Virus record (IMG/VR): IMGVR_UViG_3300018412_000010
DNA length: 64,000 nt
Reading direction: 5' to 3' (one strand)
From: a virus
Shown here one piece after another: positions 37,681-48,056 of this stretch. Below the pieces are notes generated by a model. That model was given only the letters and a program-made list of their open reading frames with translations, made no database searches and had not been told where the DNA came from. Position 1 is the first letter of the stretch. Each line of letters starts with the position of its first letter. A program made the translations under genes and the position numbers.

Positions 37681-38355
37681 ATGAATAAATTATTAAACAT
37701 ATTAGATAAAACAACAATTATTTTTTCAATAACAACAATAATTCTTTTATTGTTAGCACCGATGATAATTGCATTTACAATGTTTGCAATTACATTAATA
37801 TCATCCTTATTATCAGCAATTGTAGAATTTTATGTAAATGTTAATAAAAAGAAGGTATATTTTTCTAAGGTTAGAGAAGATGTAGTTATTCCTTCTAAGT
37901 TAGAAGAGAATGCTGGATATGACGTATATGCTAATTTTAAAGAAGATTATATGGTTATAGCGCCACATGAAACAAAGATGATTCCAACTGGAATTGCGAG
38001 TGCATGTTCATCAGATTACTATTTCCAATTATTTGAAAGAGGTTCCACTGGCACAAAAGGAATTGCACAAAGATGTGGTGTAATTGACAGTGGGTATAGA
38101 AACGAATGGTTTGTTCCTATTACAAACACTACAAATAAAGTGATGTTTATTTCAAAATTATCTGAAAAAGATACATATAGTAAATATTATAACGATAAGA
38201 TGACAGAAAGCTTTGTATATCCATATGAAAAGGGAATTTGCCAAGCAGTATTATTACCAGTTCCAAAAGTTAATGTAAACGAAATCTCATATGAAGATTT
38301 ATGTAAGATTAAATCAAATAGAGGTATGGGCAAATTAGGGAGTAGTCATAAATAA
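37681..38355 (+). CDS. dut: trimeric dUTPase with hydrophobic N-terminal extension
   Basis: AGYD, ERGSTG, GVIDSGYRNE, ICQ, RGMGKLGSS. Confidence 0.9.
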   Translation: MNKLLNILDKTTIIFSITTIILLLLAPMIIAFTMFAITLISSLLSAIVEFYVNVNKKKVYFSKVREDVVIPSKLEENAGYDVYANFKEDYMVIAPHETKMIPTGIASACSSDYYFQLFERGSTGTKGIAQRCGVIDSGYRNEWFVPITNTTNKVMFISKLSEKDTYSKYYNDKMTESFVYPYEKGICQAVLLPVPKVNVNEISYEDLCKIKSNRGMGKLGSSHK

Positions 38356-38356
38356 T

Positions 38357-38608
38357 ATGGTAGAAAGAAAAACTTGGGAAGAATTTAGAGATTGCAAAAT
38401 GTTGTGGTGGATCAATATGATCCTTCACACGTTTGGATGGGCTATTGTTGTGGATATTGAAACAGAAACAGGTAAGGTTGTAGATTCATATCCAGCAAGA
38501 GTTAAGTTTAGAGGGTTTGAAGATAAGTATAATACGTCTGGATATATTGGTGTTAGCCAATTTATGAAAGATAACGCAGAAGAATTATATAAGGAGTCGA
38601 TGGAATAA
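38357..38608 (+). CDS. conserved phage hypothetical protein
   Basis: ORF track; YPARVKFRGF. Confidence 0.65.
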   Translation: MVERKTWEEFRDCKMLWWINMILHTFGWAIVVDIETETGKVVDSYPARVKFRGFEDKYNTSGYIGVSQFMKDNAEELYKESME

Positions 38609-38961
38609 TGATGAAATTAAATGAAACAGTTGAAATGATGAACAGCGAAGATTATAAGGAAAGATTTTTAGCAGAATATATGCAATTAAAGATTAGAGCG
38701 GATGGATTATTTAAGATGTTGGATAAGTATAAAGAAGGCACATTAGATTTTACACCATCATGCAGTTATGATTTATTAAACGCACAGCTAAAGTCTATGG
38801 ATTTATACGCATCATATTTGGAAGATAGGGCAGAAGTAGAAGAAATTGACCTAAATGCTGAAATTGCGAAAATGTACTTTTACAAACGAGAAAAAATAAG
38901 GGTAGACGTTAATCTACCCTTATTTTTTATTTTACTAATATTTGGATTATGTTTTTATTAA
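38608..38961 (+). CDS. crAss001_48-like hypothetical protein
   Basis: DYKERFLAEY.QLKIR...LL..Q...M..Y...LE.RA. Confidence 0.6.
   Translation: MMKLNETVEMMNSEDYKERFLAEYMQLKIRADGLFKMLDKYKEGTLDFTPSCSYDLLNAQLKSMDLYASYLEDRAEVEEIDLNAEIAKMYFYKREKIRVDVNLPLFFILLIFGLCFY
38891..38928. terminator. bidirectional intrinsic terminator between convergent blocks
   Basis: AAAAAATAAGGGTAGA-6nt-TCTACCCTTATTTTTT. Confidence 0.85.
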
Positions 38962-40906
38962 CTCTTTTCATAACCCTGTATCCAGTATCACTATTAGTTG
39001 CAATACCATTATCGTTGGATTTGCAATATCCATTGACTTTGCAAGTTCCATCGTCTAATGCTAATAAAACACCCATCATACCAATAGAATCCCACTCTTT
39101 TCTATTTTCTCTTGGTTCGTATTTAACAGAAGAGTCCCAATCTGGATTATACATAGGAATTATTTCAGTATGTTCTTCTCTTACTAATACATCTTTTTCT
39201 ACTGGTATTTTAGTAATAACACCATCTTCATCAATATTTTCATTATAAGTTACAACTTTTTTATATTCTGCTGGAATTATAACTTCTTTATGTTTAATTC
39301 TACCGAAATCATCAGTAACATACGTATTACACCATCCATCTGGATTGTTACCTATAACAGATGGGGTTGCAGAAACAATTCCAAGTATGTAGCTATCTGT
39401 AGATGTTGCTTTTCTTATTTTATCACCATCTAAGGTTACAAAATAACCGGCGCGGTCTTCATCTAAAGTATTTCCATCCAACCACTCAAATAATTCAGCA
39501 TAGTCTGCGCCACTTGAATTAAATGCGCTTAAACCATAAGTTTTACCATCAAATGTAACTCTAAATGCATTATTTTTAGCAGAAGGCCCACCACCATTCC
39601 CTATTACAAAAACATCAGAAGTTGACGTAAAAGAATTAACACTACCCGTCAAATCTTTATTAAAATTACCTATGGCATGAGAAGCAAATGTATTTGCAGT
39701 TGTTCCACTTCCCTGTGAATGTGCAGCATATCCACTTGCAGTTGTCTGCGTCCCTTCTGCATGTGATGTCTCACCGCTTGATGTGCATCCATCACCTTCT
39801 GCGTGTGAATATAGACCGGAGGCAGTTGTAAACCCACATTCTGCATGTGAGCCATCGCCACTTGCCACCGTCTCTTCGCCTTCGGCATGAGAATTAACCC
39901 CGGAAGAAACAGTCTTATATCCTTCGGCATATGAATTTGTATTATTAGCAATAGTTTCCCTGCCACATGCATATGAATTTTCACCAGATGCAGTTGTAGT
40001 ATATCCAATAGCACATGATTGGTTGGCGCTTGCTATACACCCCATGCCTGCTGTATGGGCAGCTTGACCAGAGGATACGCCTTCTATTCCTTCTGCGTGG
40101 GCAGCTCTGCCAGAAGCTATAGTTCTTAAACCTTCTGTGTGTGCACCCATTCCAGTAGAAACGGTTGCATACCCCTCAGAGTGTGATGTTAATGTCCCTG
40201 TTGCTTTTACGGCATATTCCCAACTTGAAGCCGGCGTCCCAAATTCAACAGTAACGGAATTGTCGGTTATGGTGGTTATCCTTGTTTTTATTGGAGAATT
40301 GTTATATACATTAATATATATATAATCATTTACATACCATGAAGATGGCGTTGTTTCTAATGTAATAACCTGGCCTGCGAAACTTGATATTTTATAAAGA
40401 TTTCCTTCTGCTGATAAATTACTTTTGCCTTCCGTATGTGTATTTCTACTTATTGACATATTGCTTTCACCTTCTGCATGTGAATTATCGCCCGATGCAA
40501 TGTTTATTCGTCCCTCAGCATGTGAAGCCGCACCAAGTGCGATATTGGAAAAACCTTCCGAATGTGAATTTGCACCTTCGGCAGAAGTAGAGTCGCCTTC
40601 TGCCACGCTATTTTCATGTAAAGCAAATGAAGATGAAGATAGTGATACGCCACGATACCCTTTACCTGTAATACGAAGTCCAATATCATCATCATCGCCA
40701 GAAGCAGTTATAATAGGTATTTCACCTATTATTGAGTTTGAAATATTAATCTCGTTAACAGCATCCGTAACAGTATCTGCAAATTTAATAATTTCATTAC
40801 CATTATTATCATTTATAGATGGCATTAAAGATAGCGATAAATTTTCTATTCTGTATTTTGGATCGTATATGTTTCCAGAATAGAAACTACCCTTATAATC
40901 TGACAT
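38927..40906 (-). CDS. tail fibre/spike with HAEG repeats and C-terminal peptidase G2 intramolecular chaperone
   Basis: Many (S/A)HAEG..T.ASG repeats; GADYAELFEW...YEPRENRKEW..IGMMG. Confidence 0.85.
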   Translation of the reverse strand: MSDYKGSFYSGNIYDPKYRIENLSLSLMPSINDNNGNEIIKFADTVTDAVNEINISNSIIGEIPIITASGDDDDIGLRITGKGYRGVSLSSSSFALHENSVAEGDSTSAEGANSHSEGFSNIALGAASHAEGRINIASGDNSHAEGESNMSISRNTHTEGKSNLSAEGNLYKISSFAGQVITLETTPSSWYVNDYIYINVYNNSPIKTRITTITDNSVTVEFGTPASSWEYAVKATGTLTSHSEGYATVSTGMGAHTEGLRTIASGRAAHAEGIEGVSSGQAAHTAGMGCIASANQSCAIGYTTTASGENSYACGRETIANNTNSYAEGYKTVSSGVNSHAEGEETVASGDGSHAECGFTTASGLYSHAEGDGCTSSGETSHAEGTQTTASGYAAHSQGSGTTANTFASHAIGNFNKDLTGSVNSFTSTSDVFVIGNGGGPSAKNNAFRVTFDGKTYGLSAFNSSGADYAELFEWLDGNTLDEDRAGYFVTLDGDKIRKATSTDSYILGIVSATPSVIGNNPDGWCNTYVTDDFGRIKHKEVIIPAEYKKVVTYNENIDEDGVITKIPVEKDVLVREEHTEIIPMYNPDWDSSVKYEPRENRKEWDSIGMMGVLLALDDGTCKVNGYCKSNDNGIATNSDTGYRVMKRVNKNIIQILVK

Positions 40907-40934
40907 GTATTATGCCTCCTTTCATATTTTGATG

Positions 40935-41447
40935 CTAAAATAACTTTTCAATGGCTTGATAAATTATATAAACCATTGCTACAAATTGTATTCCATATTT
41001 TTTAATCAAAACACGGACGTCAAATTTAAAAATTTCTTCATTTGAACTAATTTCATGTTCAATATTTTGTATTTTCTCATCCATTTTAATTTCTAATTTT
41101 GATAAATTTTCTTGCGTCTCCTTTGTTTCGGAATTCAATTTATCTAAATTTAGATTTACTTTTTCTAATGTAAAAGAGAAAGAACGCATCAATTCATCTC
41201 TTCTATCGTTTTTCTTCTTTTCTAATACACTTTCTTCTTTATTAGTTTCCATCAATGTGGTTAATCTTGTTATAGCTTCGCTTATTGAATCAAGTTTTTC
41301 TATTTTCTCTCCCATAGACTCAATTTTAGTCTCGATTCTTGCGATTTTTTCGCCATGATCCTTCACATCTTTGCTAATATCTTCCATTATGCTTAAACCT
41401 ACGCTTTCATTATATTTTTCTCCATAATCTTCGTCTAAATTTTTCAT
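40935..41447 (-). CDS. coiled-coil protein with C-terminal TM (holin-like)
   Basis: Heptad-rich; hydrophobic C-terminus. Confidence 0.5.
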   Translation of the reverse strand: MKNLDEDYGEKYNESVGLSIMEDISKDVKDHGEKIARIETKIESMGEKIEKLDSISEAITRLTTLMETNKEESVLEKKKNDRRDELMRSFSFTLEKVNLNLDKLNSETKETQENLSKLEIKMDEKIQNIEHEISSNEEIFKFDVRVLIKKYGIQFVAMVYIIYQAIEKLF

Positions 41448-41469
41448 GGAGTTTTTTTCACTCCCTTCA

Positions 41470-42042
41470 TCATAATTTACTTTTTTTATTATACCGCATC
41501 ATTAACGCAACGCATAATATAGACATGCTTATAGCGCTTGATATTAAATTACCGATATAATTATTCATGTTAACACATAAAAAACTAATAAAATAAAATA
41601 AGATAAGTGTATTTATATATTTACTAACAAACCATTCCTTGGTTTTACCATTCATATTTTCTTTTGATATAATTGGAACTTTTTTAATTATGTATATTCC
41701 AAATACCATACTTATAAACAATAGAATGTTTACTTGACACATTATGTATTTAGAGATTATAGCCGTAGATAATATCAACGGAATACTAATACATAAACAT
41801 TTATCAAGAGTTGTAGAATGATATCCACCACTATATAACCGTAATACATTTAACACAATTAGAACAATTATCATTTGTGGTATGCATTCAAATATATATG
41901 CAAGACCAAAAAAGAATATGTTGGATATAATAAAAAAAGTAAGAAATATGACGTTATCTTCAAAATCATCATAATTTCTTACTTTAAATAGCTTTGTTTT
42001 AATTAATGCGTCAATAATCCGCATTGATATTTTTATAATCAT
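41470..42042 (-). CDS. agrB: AgrB-family peptide-processing membrane protease
   Basis: LRLYSGGYHSTTLDKC (R..GG.H...C catalytic His/Cys) in a polytopic membrane protein. Confidence 0.85.
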   Translation of the reverse strand: MIIKISMRIIDALIKTKLFKVRNYDDFEDNVIFLTFFIISNIFFFGLAYIFECIPQMIIVLIVLNVLRLYSGGYHSTTLDKCLCISIPLILSTAIISKYIMCQVNILLFISMVFGIYIIKKVPIISKENMNGKTKEWFVSKYINTLILFYFISFLCVNMNNYIGNLISSAISMSILCVALMMRYNKKSKL

Positions 42043-42223
42043 TAATTTGACCTTTCTTTATCCTAAAATTTGCAAAATTAAAAGGCTGATTTTATCTGCT
42101 AAATGACACCTTACAAACGGCTAAATTTCAACGTTTGTATATGCCAAATTGGACAAAATCAACCTTTTTAATTTTTTGATGGTATTTCACATCAATTTTG
42201 TAGATAATTATGTAAATTATCTA

Positions 42224-42274
42224 CTATTTTGTTCTAGTATCACCAAGAACCCAAAACTTTTCACAATTTCTCAC
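42224..42274 (-). CDS. 16-aa candidate AgrD-like peptide MRNCEKFWVLGDTRTK
   Basis: GGGAGGTG SD 8 nt before GTG; single Cys followed by aromatic residues; hairpin after the stop; upstream of agrB. Confidence 0.55.
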   Translation of the reverse strand: MRNCEKFWVLGDTRTK

Positions 42275-42752
42275 TATATCTACACCTCCCTTTATTTAAG
42301 TTTATTTTACAAAAATAAATAATTATGAATTCCATTATTTTAAATGGGATGCACATCATTAATTCTTTTGTTCCAAATTTTGTTGAAAATACATCTATAT
42401 TAAATAGTGTATTTAACGATATGGCTATAATAATTTCAATAACCATTACTAAGCATCCGACTTTTACGACGGACATAATTGCTTTTTTAAGTTTTATATT
42501 AAATACTACTCCAAGTAATAATCCAGAATATAATATGAATATTATTTGAAATACCAATCCAAGCCATGATATAAAAGTATATAACACGGCATTAATTATA
42601 GAAATACCAAAAAATGATAATATAAATTTCCTATAATTCTTTTCTAAGTTATTATCTAATATAAAATATGTTAAAATTATTAATCCATCAAATACTGATG
42701 AAAAAATAAACATTGTTAAAATATTGTAAATGATGTTCATACATACACACAC
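42261..42752 (-). CDS. polytopic membrane protein resembling an AgrC sensor domain without kinase
   Basis: About 5 TM helices; no H-box or HATPase; adjacent to peptide and agrB. Confidence 0.45.
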   Translation of the reverse strand: MCVCMNIIYNILTMFIFSSVFDGLIILTYFILDNNLEKNYRKFILSFFGISIINAVLYTFISWLGLVFQIIFILYSGLLLGVVFNIKLKKAIMSVVKVGCLVMVIEIIIAISLNTLFNIDVFSTKFGTKELMMCIPFKIMEFIIIYFCKINLNKGRCRYSEKL

Positions 42753-42757
42753 AATCC

Positions 42758-43126
42758 CTATCTTTTTATTCTTTTTTCTTCTATATTCATAATTTCCTCT
42801 AATGCTTCATACATAACATTTTCCCCAAAAAATCTTATCCGAGCATTATTTTTATCTTTTTTTGATATATATTTTACGTTTTTTGTAGCTTTTGCTTCAA
42901 ATAATAAGTTATAGCACATAAGTTCTGAATTTATTTGAATCAAATAACTAATTCCCAATTTTATTATAACACTATAATCTCCAAATCCATCGTTAATAAA
43001 GTGATAGTTAGATTCTTTAATGCCAAAGTGGTCAAAAAGTTTAATGAAATAATCTTCATTGTTCTTTATAGAATTTCTCTTTAACCATAGGGAAATTTGT
43101 AAGTCTTTGTAATTAAAATCTCCCAA
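42758..43126 (-). CDS. hypothetical protein (agr-like operon)
   Basis: ORF track; AAGGAG SD. Confidence 0.55.
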   Translation of the reverse strand: MGDFNYKDLQISLWLKRNSIKNNEDYFIKLFDHFGIKESNYHFINDGFGDYSVIIKLGISYLIQINSELMCYNLLFEAKATKNVKYISKKDKNNARIRFFGENVMYEALEEIMNIEEKRIKR

Positions 43127-43130
43127 GCTA

Positions 43131-43508
43131 TCACTCCTTCTTATCTAAAACAATCTTATTCGTAATATTACCGCATTTAATTAACTGGTCAAATTGACAC
43201 TCTGTTTGATTTAAATGCACGTTATTCAACTTAATCATATCATTAAGCATAGATTCTATTGTTGCTATTTTTTCTTCTTTCTCAACTATCGTTTTAATAA
43301 TTTTCCTATTATCTATAATGAAGTAAAACAGAATAAGTATTAAAAATAATACTATTAAACTGAACACTATAAAAAATCCAAACATATTTTGTTTAAAAAT
43401 AAGTTCTGCCCTGTTATAAAATTTTATAATATAATACAACAAGGATGATATTACAACAATAGAACCTATGATTGCTGGAATTGTCACGTATTTACCAAAT
43501 CTACCCAT
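43131..43508 (-). CDS. two-TM membrane protein with coiled coil (agr-like operon)
   Basis: Start re-called at MGRFGK after AAGGAG; promoter at 43549-43577. Confidence 0.6.
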   Translation of the reverse strand: MGRFGKYVTIPAIIGSIVVISSLLYYIIKFYNRAELIFKQNMFGFFIVFSLIVLFLILILFYFIIDNRKIIKTIVEKEEKIATIESMLNDMIKLNNVHLNQTECQFDQLIKCGNITNKIVLDKKE

Positions 43509-43776
43509 ATGACATATCTCCTTTCTATAATATTTCTTTGTATAATATATTATATCATAGATAAGGTATTTTGTCAAGTATTTTTAATAATTTATTTTAT
43601 TTTATTTTATATCCAGAGAATACTGCCGTAGAACCTTCTAATATATATATTAAATCACCAATATACATATATTCTCTTCCATCTTATGAAATTCCACTAT
43701 TAACCCATTCTACGGTTTCGCCGCCATTATCGGCTCCAGATAGTAACACATCCATAATTATACCTCCAATAAATTA

Positions 43777-44460
43777 TTAAAATATACCATTAATGAGGCA
43801 AGTTCCTCTTATTATTTGTGAGGCCGTTGCCGTCCCAACTGGAATTTTTAAAATTACATGAAGATATGTTCCGGCTTCTATCATAATTGGTGCATCTAAA
43901 TTTATATCTATTGGACTAGCAACCAGCACTAACCGCAAATGTTTGTATACTAAGCGGAATACTTCTTGCCGATCTTGTTCCACCTGTTGCGCTATCTGCT
44001 GTTTCCAATGATACACTAGTAGAACCAACTCCAAGATGTTTCTGTCATTTCACCACCAGTTATAACTAACACATTTGAATTGGTGGCTGCCGATGTATTT
44101 GTTATTCCAATAACCTTATTTATATCCGATGATACAATATTGCTTGCATAATCAACTTTGTCGCCAGATATAATTTTTACTACACGATTTCCGCTTAAAT
44201 TTGTATTTGCAATTTTAGTAACAGAATTATCATTTTTTGAATTTATTGTTACTTTATTTAAATTTGAATCTACATCAAAAGTTGTATTTTCGCCAGAATT
44301 AAATTCAGTATTACCTTCAAGTGTTACGTTATTGAATTTAAAATCACCATCAACATCTCATTTTTTGACTTTGGACGCCGACGTCTGATACCATTACATT
44401 ATTATTGGTGCTTGATACAATTATTTTTGAACTGTTATTATTAAAAACTACGATACTATC
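43777..44460 (-). pseudogene. frameshifted and fused remnants of virion genes
   Basis: Virion-like fragments (LSGNRVVKIISGDKVDYAS...GITN..., IPVGTATASQIIRG) split across frames with stops. Confidence 0.5.
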
Positions 44461-44462
44461 AC

Positions 44463-44822
44463 TCATATTGCAGTCACCGAAATAATATTATTTATATTTC
44501 CATATAACAAAACGGTTCCATTGCCATTCGAATCAATTAAGAATAGATCATATATGTATTTTTGTCCAGTTAAAAGTCTTGTTTGACTTGATTTGATCGT
44601 AATAACAATCTTTCCTTCATTGGGCGTAATAACTATACCACCATTGGTATTAGATGATAAATCAATAACTGGTTCAGTATTTATATCAGTTCTTATGCAC
44701 ATTCTGCTTGTATATCCGGTTAAATTTATAACTGTGCCATTAGAGTCTTTCCATATAACCTCTCTTGTAAACATTTCTCCCTGATATGTTTCTAATGTAT
44801 TTTTTGAAGCCAAATTTTTCAC
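44463..44822 (-). CDS. BppU-like baseplate/tail accessory domain protein
   Basis: QGE.F...INLTGYT.RM.IR...G.I.I.I....T..L....YIYDL. Confidence 0.65.
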   Translation of the reverse strand: MKNLASKNTLETYQGEMFTREVIWKDSNGTVINLTGYTSRMCIRTDINTEPVIDLSSNTNGGIVITPNEGKIVITIKSSQTRLLTGQKYIYDLFLIDSNGNGTVLLYGNINNIISVTAI

Positions 44823-44826
44823 CCCT

Positions 44827-45195
44827 TTATTTATATAAATGTGAAGTTTTTAAAAATTTTAATACATGAAACCAATTTGTAAAACTTCTCTTTTCAATGT
44901 GAAATTTAATTTTTCCAGTATTATTTTGCGCTAAATTATAATGTTTTAAATATATCTTGTCATCATTTTTAACAAAACATACATATATATGTCCATTCAC
45001 ATTTACTTCTAACTCGCAAGGAACATCCTCCCATTCTCTGGTATTTGGATTCCTTATATAATCGTATATTGTTTTAATATTCATATTGAAATATTTTTCA
45101 TTAGTTTGTAAAATCATATCAATATTATCTTTAACCTTATTGTGAAATATTTTATTCATTAAGCATATCAATTCACCCCTTCTCTTTATTATCAT
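44827..45195 (-). CDS. hypothetical protein
   Basis: ORF track. Confidence 0.45.
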   Translation of the reverse strand: MIIKRRGELICLMNKIFHNKVKDNIDMILQTNEKYFNMNIKTIYDYIRNPNTREWEDVPCELEVNVNGHIYVCFVKNDDKIYLKHYNLAQNNTGKIKFHIEKRSFTNWFHVLKFLKTSHLYK

Positions 45196-45414
45196 CGATC
45201 ATAATTATTAATTCTTGACATACCCTGTTTTCGTTAATAATCCAATTAGAATATTTTTTTATATGTTTTTTTATTAAAAAATATATAATCCAAATATTAA
45301 TAAGAAATATAGTTAATAATATTATATTAATATAATTATAAATATTAAATCATTCCTTTCCATTGGTATTTATATAATAATCAAATTTAATTTGATTTTA
45401 TTGTCAATATTATA

Positions 45415-45450
45415 ATAAACCGTGTAAATATTAATATCTACACGGTTTAT
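45415..45450. terminator. hairpin after the lysis cassette
   Basis: ATAAACCGTGTA...TACACGGTTTAT. Confidence 0.6.
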
Positions 45451-45467
45451 AAATGTGATATATAGAA

Positions 45468-45710
45468 CTACTTCTTTTCTTCAATCTGTTTGTCACTAAT
45501 TCCAGGAGTAGTTGGGTCTACCAATACACCAACAGTAGCTAAAACATTAATTGCAATACCAACAATCTGAACGATCTGGTCTTGTGAAATAGATGTTGTA
45601 ATACCTAAGATTCCAAGAATCTGGTATGCAAATGTTACTACACATGCAATAAGTGCTGCAAACACAGTTTTGTTTTTAAATCTTGATTTCAAATCAATTT
45701 TCATAGTCAA
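45468..45710 (-). CDS. holin (phi-LC3-like)
   Basis: RFKNK...two TMs...GVLVDPTTPGISD. Confidence 0.9.
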   Translation of the reverse strand: MTMKIDLKSRFKNKTVFAALIACVVTFAYQILGILGITTSISQDQIVQIVGIAINVLATVGVLVDPTTPGISDKQIEEKK

Positions 45711-46385
45711 TTACCTCGCTAATCTTTCTAACATTGTGATAACTTGTTCTCTTGTAATATATCCATGTGGATTACTACCATCTGTTATGCCATCTTTTTT
45801 TGCCTTTTCCCAAGCATCTTTTGCCCAAGTAGATGGTGTGCTATTGCTGTTATTTAATATTTCATTAATAACATCTTTAACGACCTGTCTTGTTTCTGCT
45901 TCAGTCAAATCCTCTACCTCCTTTTTAGTAACTATTGGCTGTATATTTTGAAGATATGGTAAAGGGTCAATATAACCCCTACTATCTTCTGTGGATTTTG
46001 AAAAATCTGAACATATTGCAAAATGCAAATGCACAGGAATTTTCAATTTATCAGTATTGGAACTGTTGCCCATAATTCCTAAAATGGTGCCAGATTTTAC
46101 AGAGGTTCCAATGCCAATAGTGCATTTAGATTTCATATGTTGATATAGTGTTTGGAAGCCATTGTGTTGAATTACAACAAACCAGCCCCTATAATCATTC
46201 CAATCATTATATTTCACAGTTCCATCAGCAACTGAAAATATATTTGTTTGTGATTTAGAAAAATCACGACCTAAGTCAACACCATGATGAAAAGTTGATG
46301 CACCTTTTATTCCAGTGTCCCTTTTACCATATTTACTTGTAACACGAAAAGGTAATACTGGTGAATGCGTTAATTGTATTGACAT
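45711..46385 (-). CDS. M23 peptidase endolysin with SLH-like C-terminal motif
   Basis: HHGVD, YQH, HLHF; WAKDAWEKA...GITDGSNP...TREQV. Confidence 0.85.
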   Translation of the reverse strand: MSIQLTHSPVLPFRVTSKYGKRDTGIKGASTFHHGVDLGRDFSKSQTNIFSVADGTVKYNDWNDYRGWFVVIQHNGFQTLYQHMKSKCTIGIGTSVKSGTILGIMGNSSNTDKLKIPVHLHFAICSDFSKSTEDSRGYIDPLPYLQNIQPIVTKKEVEDLTEAETRQVVKDVINEILNNSNSTPSTWAKDAWEKAKKDGITDGSNPHGYITREQVITMLERLAR

Positions 46386-46472
46386 TAAAAATCATCTCCT
46401 TTCTATAATATAATATTTATATTATTTTATTAATATACCTGTGACATTGTTCCGCTTGAATTCTTATAATAC

Positions 46473-46844
46473 TTACCAGCTATTAAACCTCCGGTTTTTT
46501 GCGGATGCATTATCTGCAAAAGCCATTAGTAAATTGTATGTTCTTGATTGTGTCGCAAATCTTACGATTACAATACCAGAACCGCCATTGCCACCAGTTG
46601 CAGAAGAGGAACTTGTTTCACCGCCACCGCAGATACAAATGGAATGAACTGATGTTACGCCCTTTGGAACCGTGAATGCTGAACTTCCGAATGTTAAATA
46701 TTTAAGAATTGTTTTCCAGCTTACGGATACTCTGTCTATAATAGCGTTTCCACTTACAATTCCGTCGTCTATAATTTCATTCATACTTGAACCAGAAAGC
46801 ATACTAAATTTAGATTCTGGTATTCCATTTGTAAATTTTGCCAT
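46473..46844 (-). pseudogene. collapsed mosaic of glycine-rich tail-protein fragments
   Basis: FTVPKGVTSV..CICGGG joined directly to GGNGGSGIVIVRF. Confidence 0.4.
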
Positions 46845-46904
46845 TTATATCAACCATTTCAGACATAAAGATAAGAATAAAACATCTGTGTAAAATATAT
46901 GATT

Positions 46905-48023
46905 CTAAATATCACTCCATGTTCCAATCATATTTGTAACAAGCCATACATTTCCTACTGATTGTATTTCTATATAATTTCCAATAGTATTACTTTGAAT
47001 ATTAGAAACAGAAGTTCCGCTAACCATAATTGCGCCAGATATTCTCAACATATTAGCCGAATTAACGTAAAACGAATACTTTAAACCAGATTCTACTGTT
47101 GGAAGTGTAAAAATTGTAGTTGCGGTTGCCCCTGTATTTAAAAATATTGCTAAATTATCACTTTTTACAATAGTATAATCAATAGTTTTTGCAATTTCTT
47201 TAACAGATGGTGTATTTTTTTGTATTATAGCCCAATTTGCATCAGTAGTTCCAGGTATATTAACTTTTGCGAATATTAAATCACCGGCTTCGACCTGTGT
47301 TGAATTTAAAACACCATCTACACTTACATACCAAGCATCACCCTTTTCTATGGCACCACTTGCCCCACTTCCACCTGTGCTTGGGTAAACATTAGACGAT
47401 GCATCGTAATCACCACGCAAATCAAGTAGTCCACTAACAGCGCTGTTAATTTCATTTTTTACAAAAGCAGTAGATGCAATCTGTTGGGTATTTGTTCCGG
47501 CGGTTGCCGTAGGGACTAATGGTGTTCCAGTAAATGTTGGCGACTCCCTCCAGAACCCAAGTATACTTGCATGAATCCACCCATCTTCATCAAATACTAT
47601 AAATGCCGTCATTTCTTCTGGTATTGTTATTAATGTTCCACCAGTATTATCTATGTCATTAGTGGTATCTCCATCACATGAAACACCGCCGCCCCAACCA
47701 GCACCAATAGTAACTGGTAGGGCAATTCCAGAATAATTAAATAAATAGAAGCATCCAAATTTAAAATTAGAATTTACTTTAAAATCATCTGCATTCATAG
47801 ACACAGAGGTTACGCCGTTTTCGGCCTGAACCTCCTTATTAACGCACGATATATATGTTATTGCATTTGCGCCTGCGATTTCAAGTCTAACCTTTCCACC
47901 AACGCTACCGCTACTACTTAATGCGTCTACTAATCCTGCATTATTAGAACTACTATCATAAACAAGAAATTTATCACCAGTTGACAATTCTATATTTGGT
48001 AATGTATTAATTAATTTAGCCAA
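46905..48023 (-). CDS. tail-fibre-like virion protein
   Basis: SPTFTGTPLVPTATAGTNTQQIASTAFV repeat; KGDAWYVS..G motif. Confidence 0.75.
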   Translation of the reverse strand: MAKLINTLPNIELSTGDKFLVYDSSSNNAGLVDALSSSGSVGGKVRLEIAGANAITYISCVNKEVQAENGVTSVSMNADDFKVNSNFKFGCFYLFNYSGIALPVTIGAGWGGGVSCDGDTTNDIDNTGGTLITIPEEMTAFIVFDEDGWIHASILGFWRESPTFTGTPLVPTATAGTNTQQIASTAFVKNEINSAVSGLLDLRGDYDASSNVYPSTGGSGASGAIEKGDAWYVSVDGVLNSTQVEAGDLIFAKVNIPGTTDANWAIIQKNTPSVKEIAKTIDYTIVKSDNLAIFLNTGATATTIFTLPTVESGLKYSFYVNSANMLRISGAIMVSGTSVSNIQSNTIGNYIEIQSVGNVWLVTNMIGTWSDI

Positions 48024-48056
48024 TTTATATCACTCACTTTCTTAATAAAATCTAAA

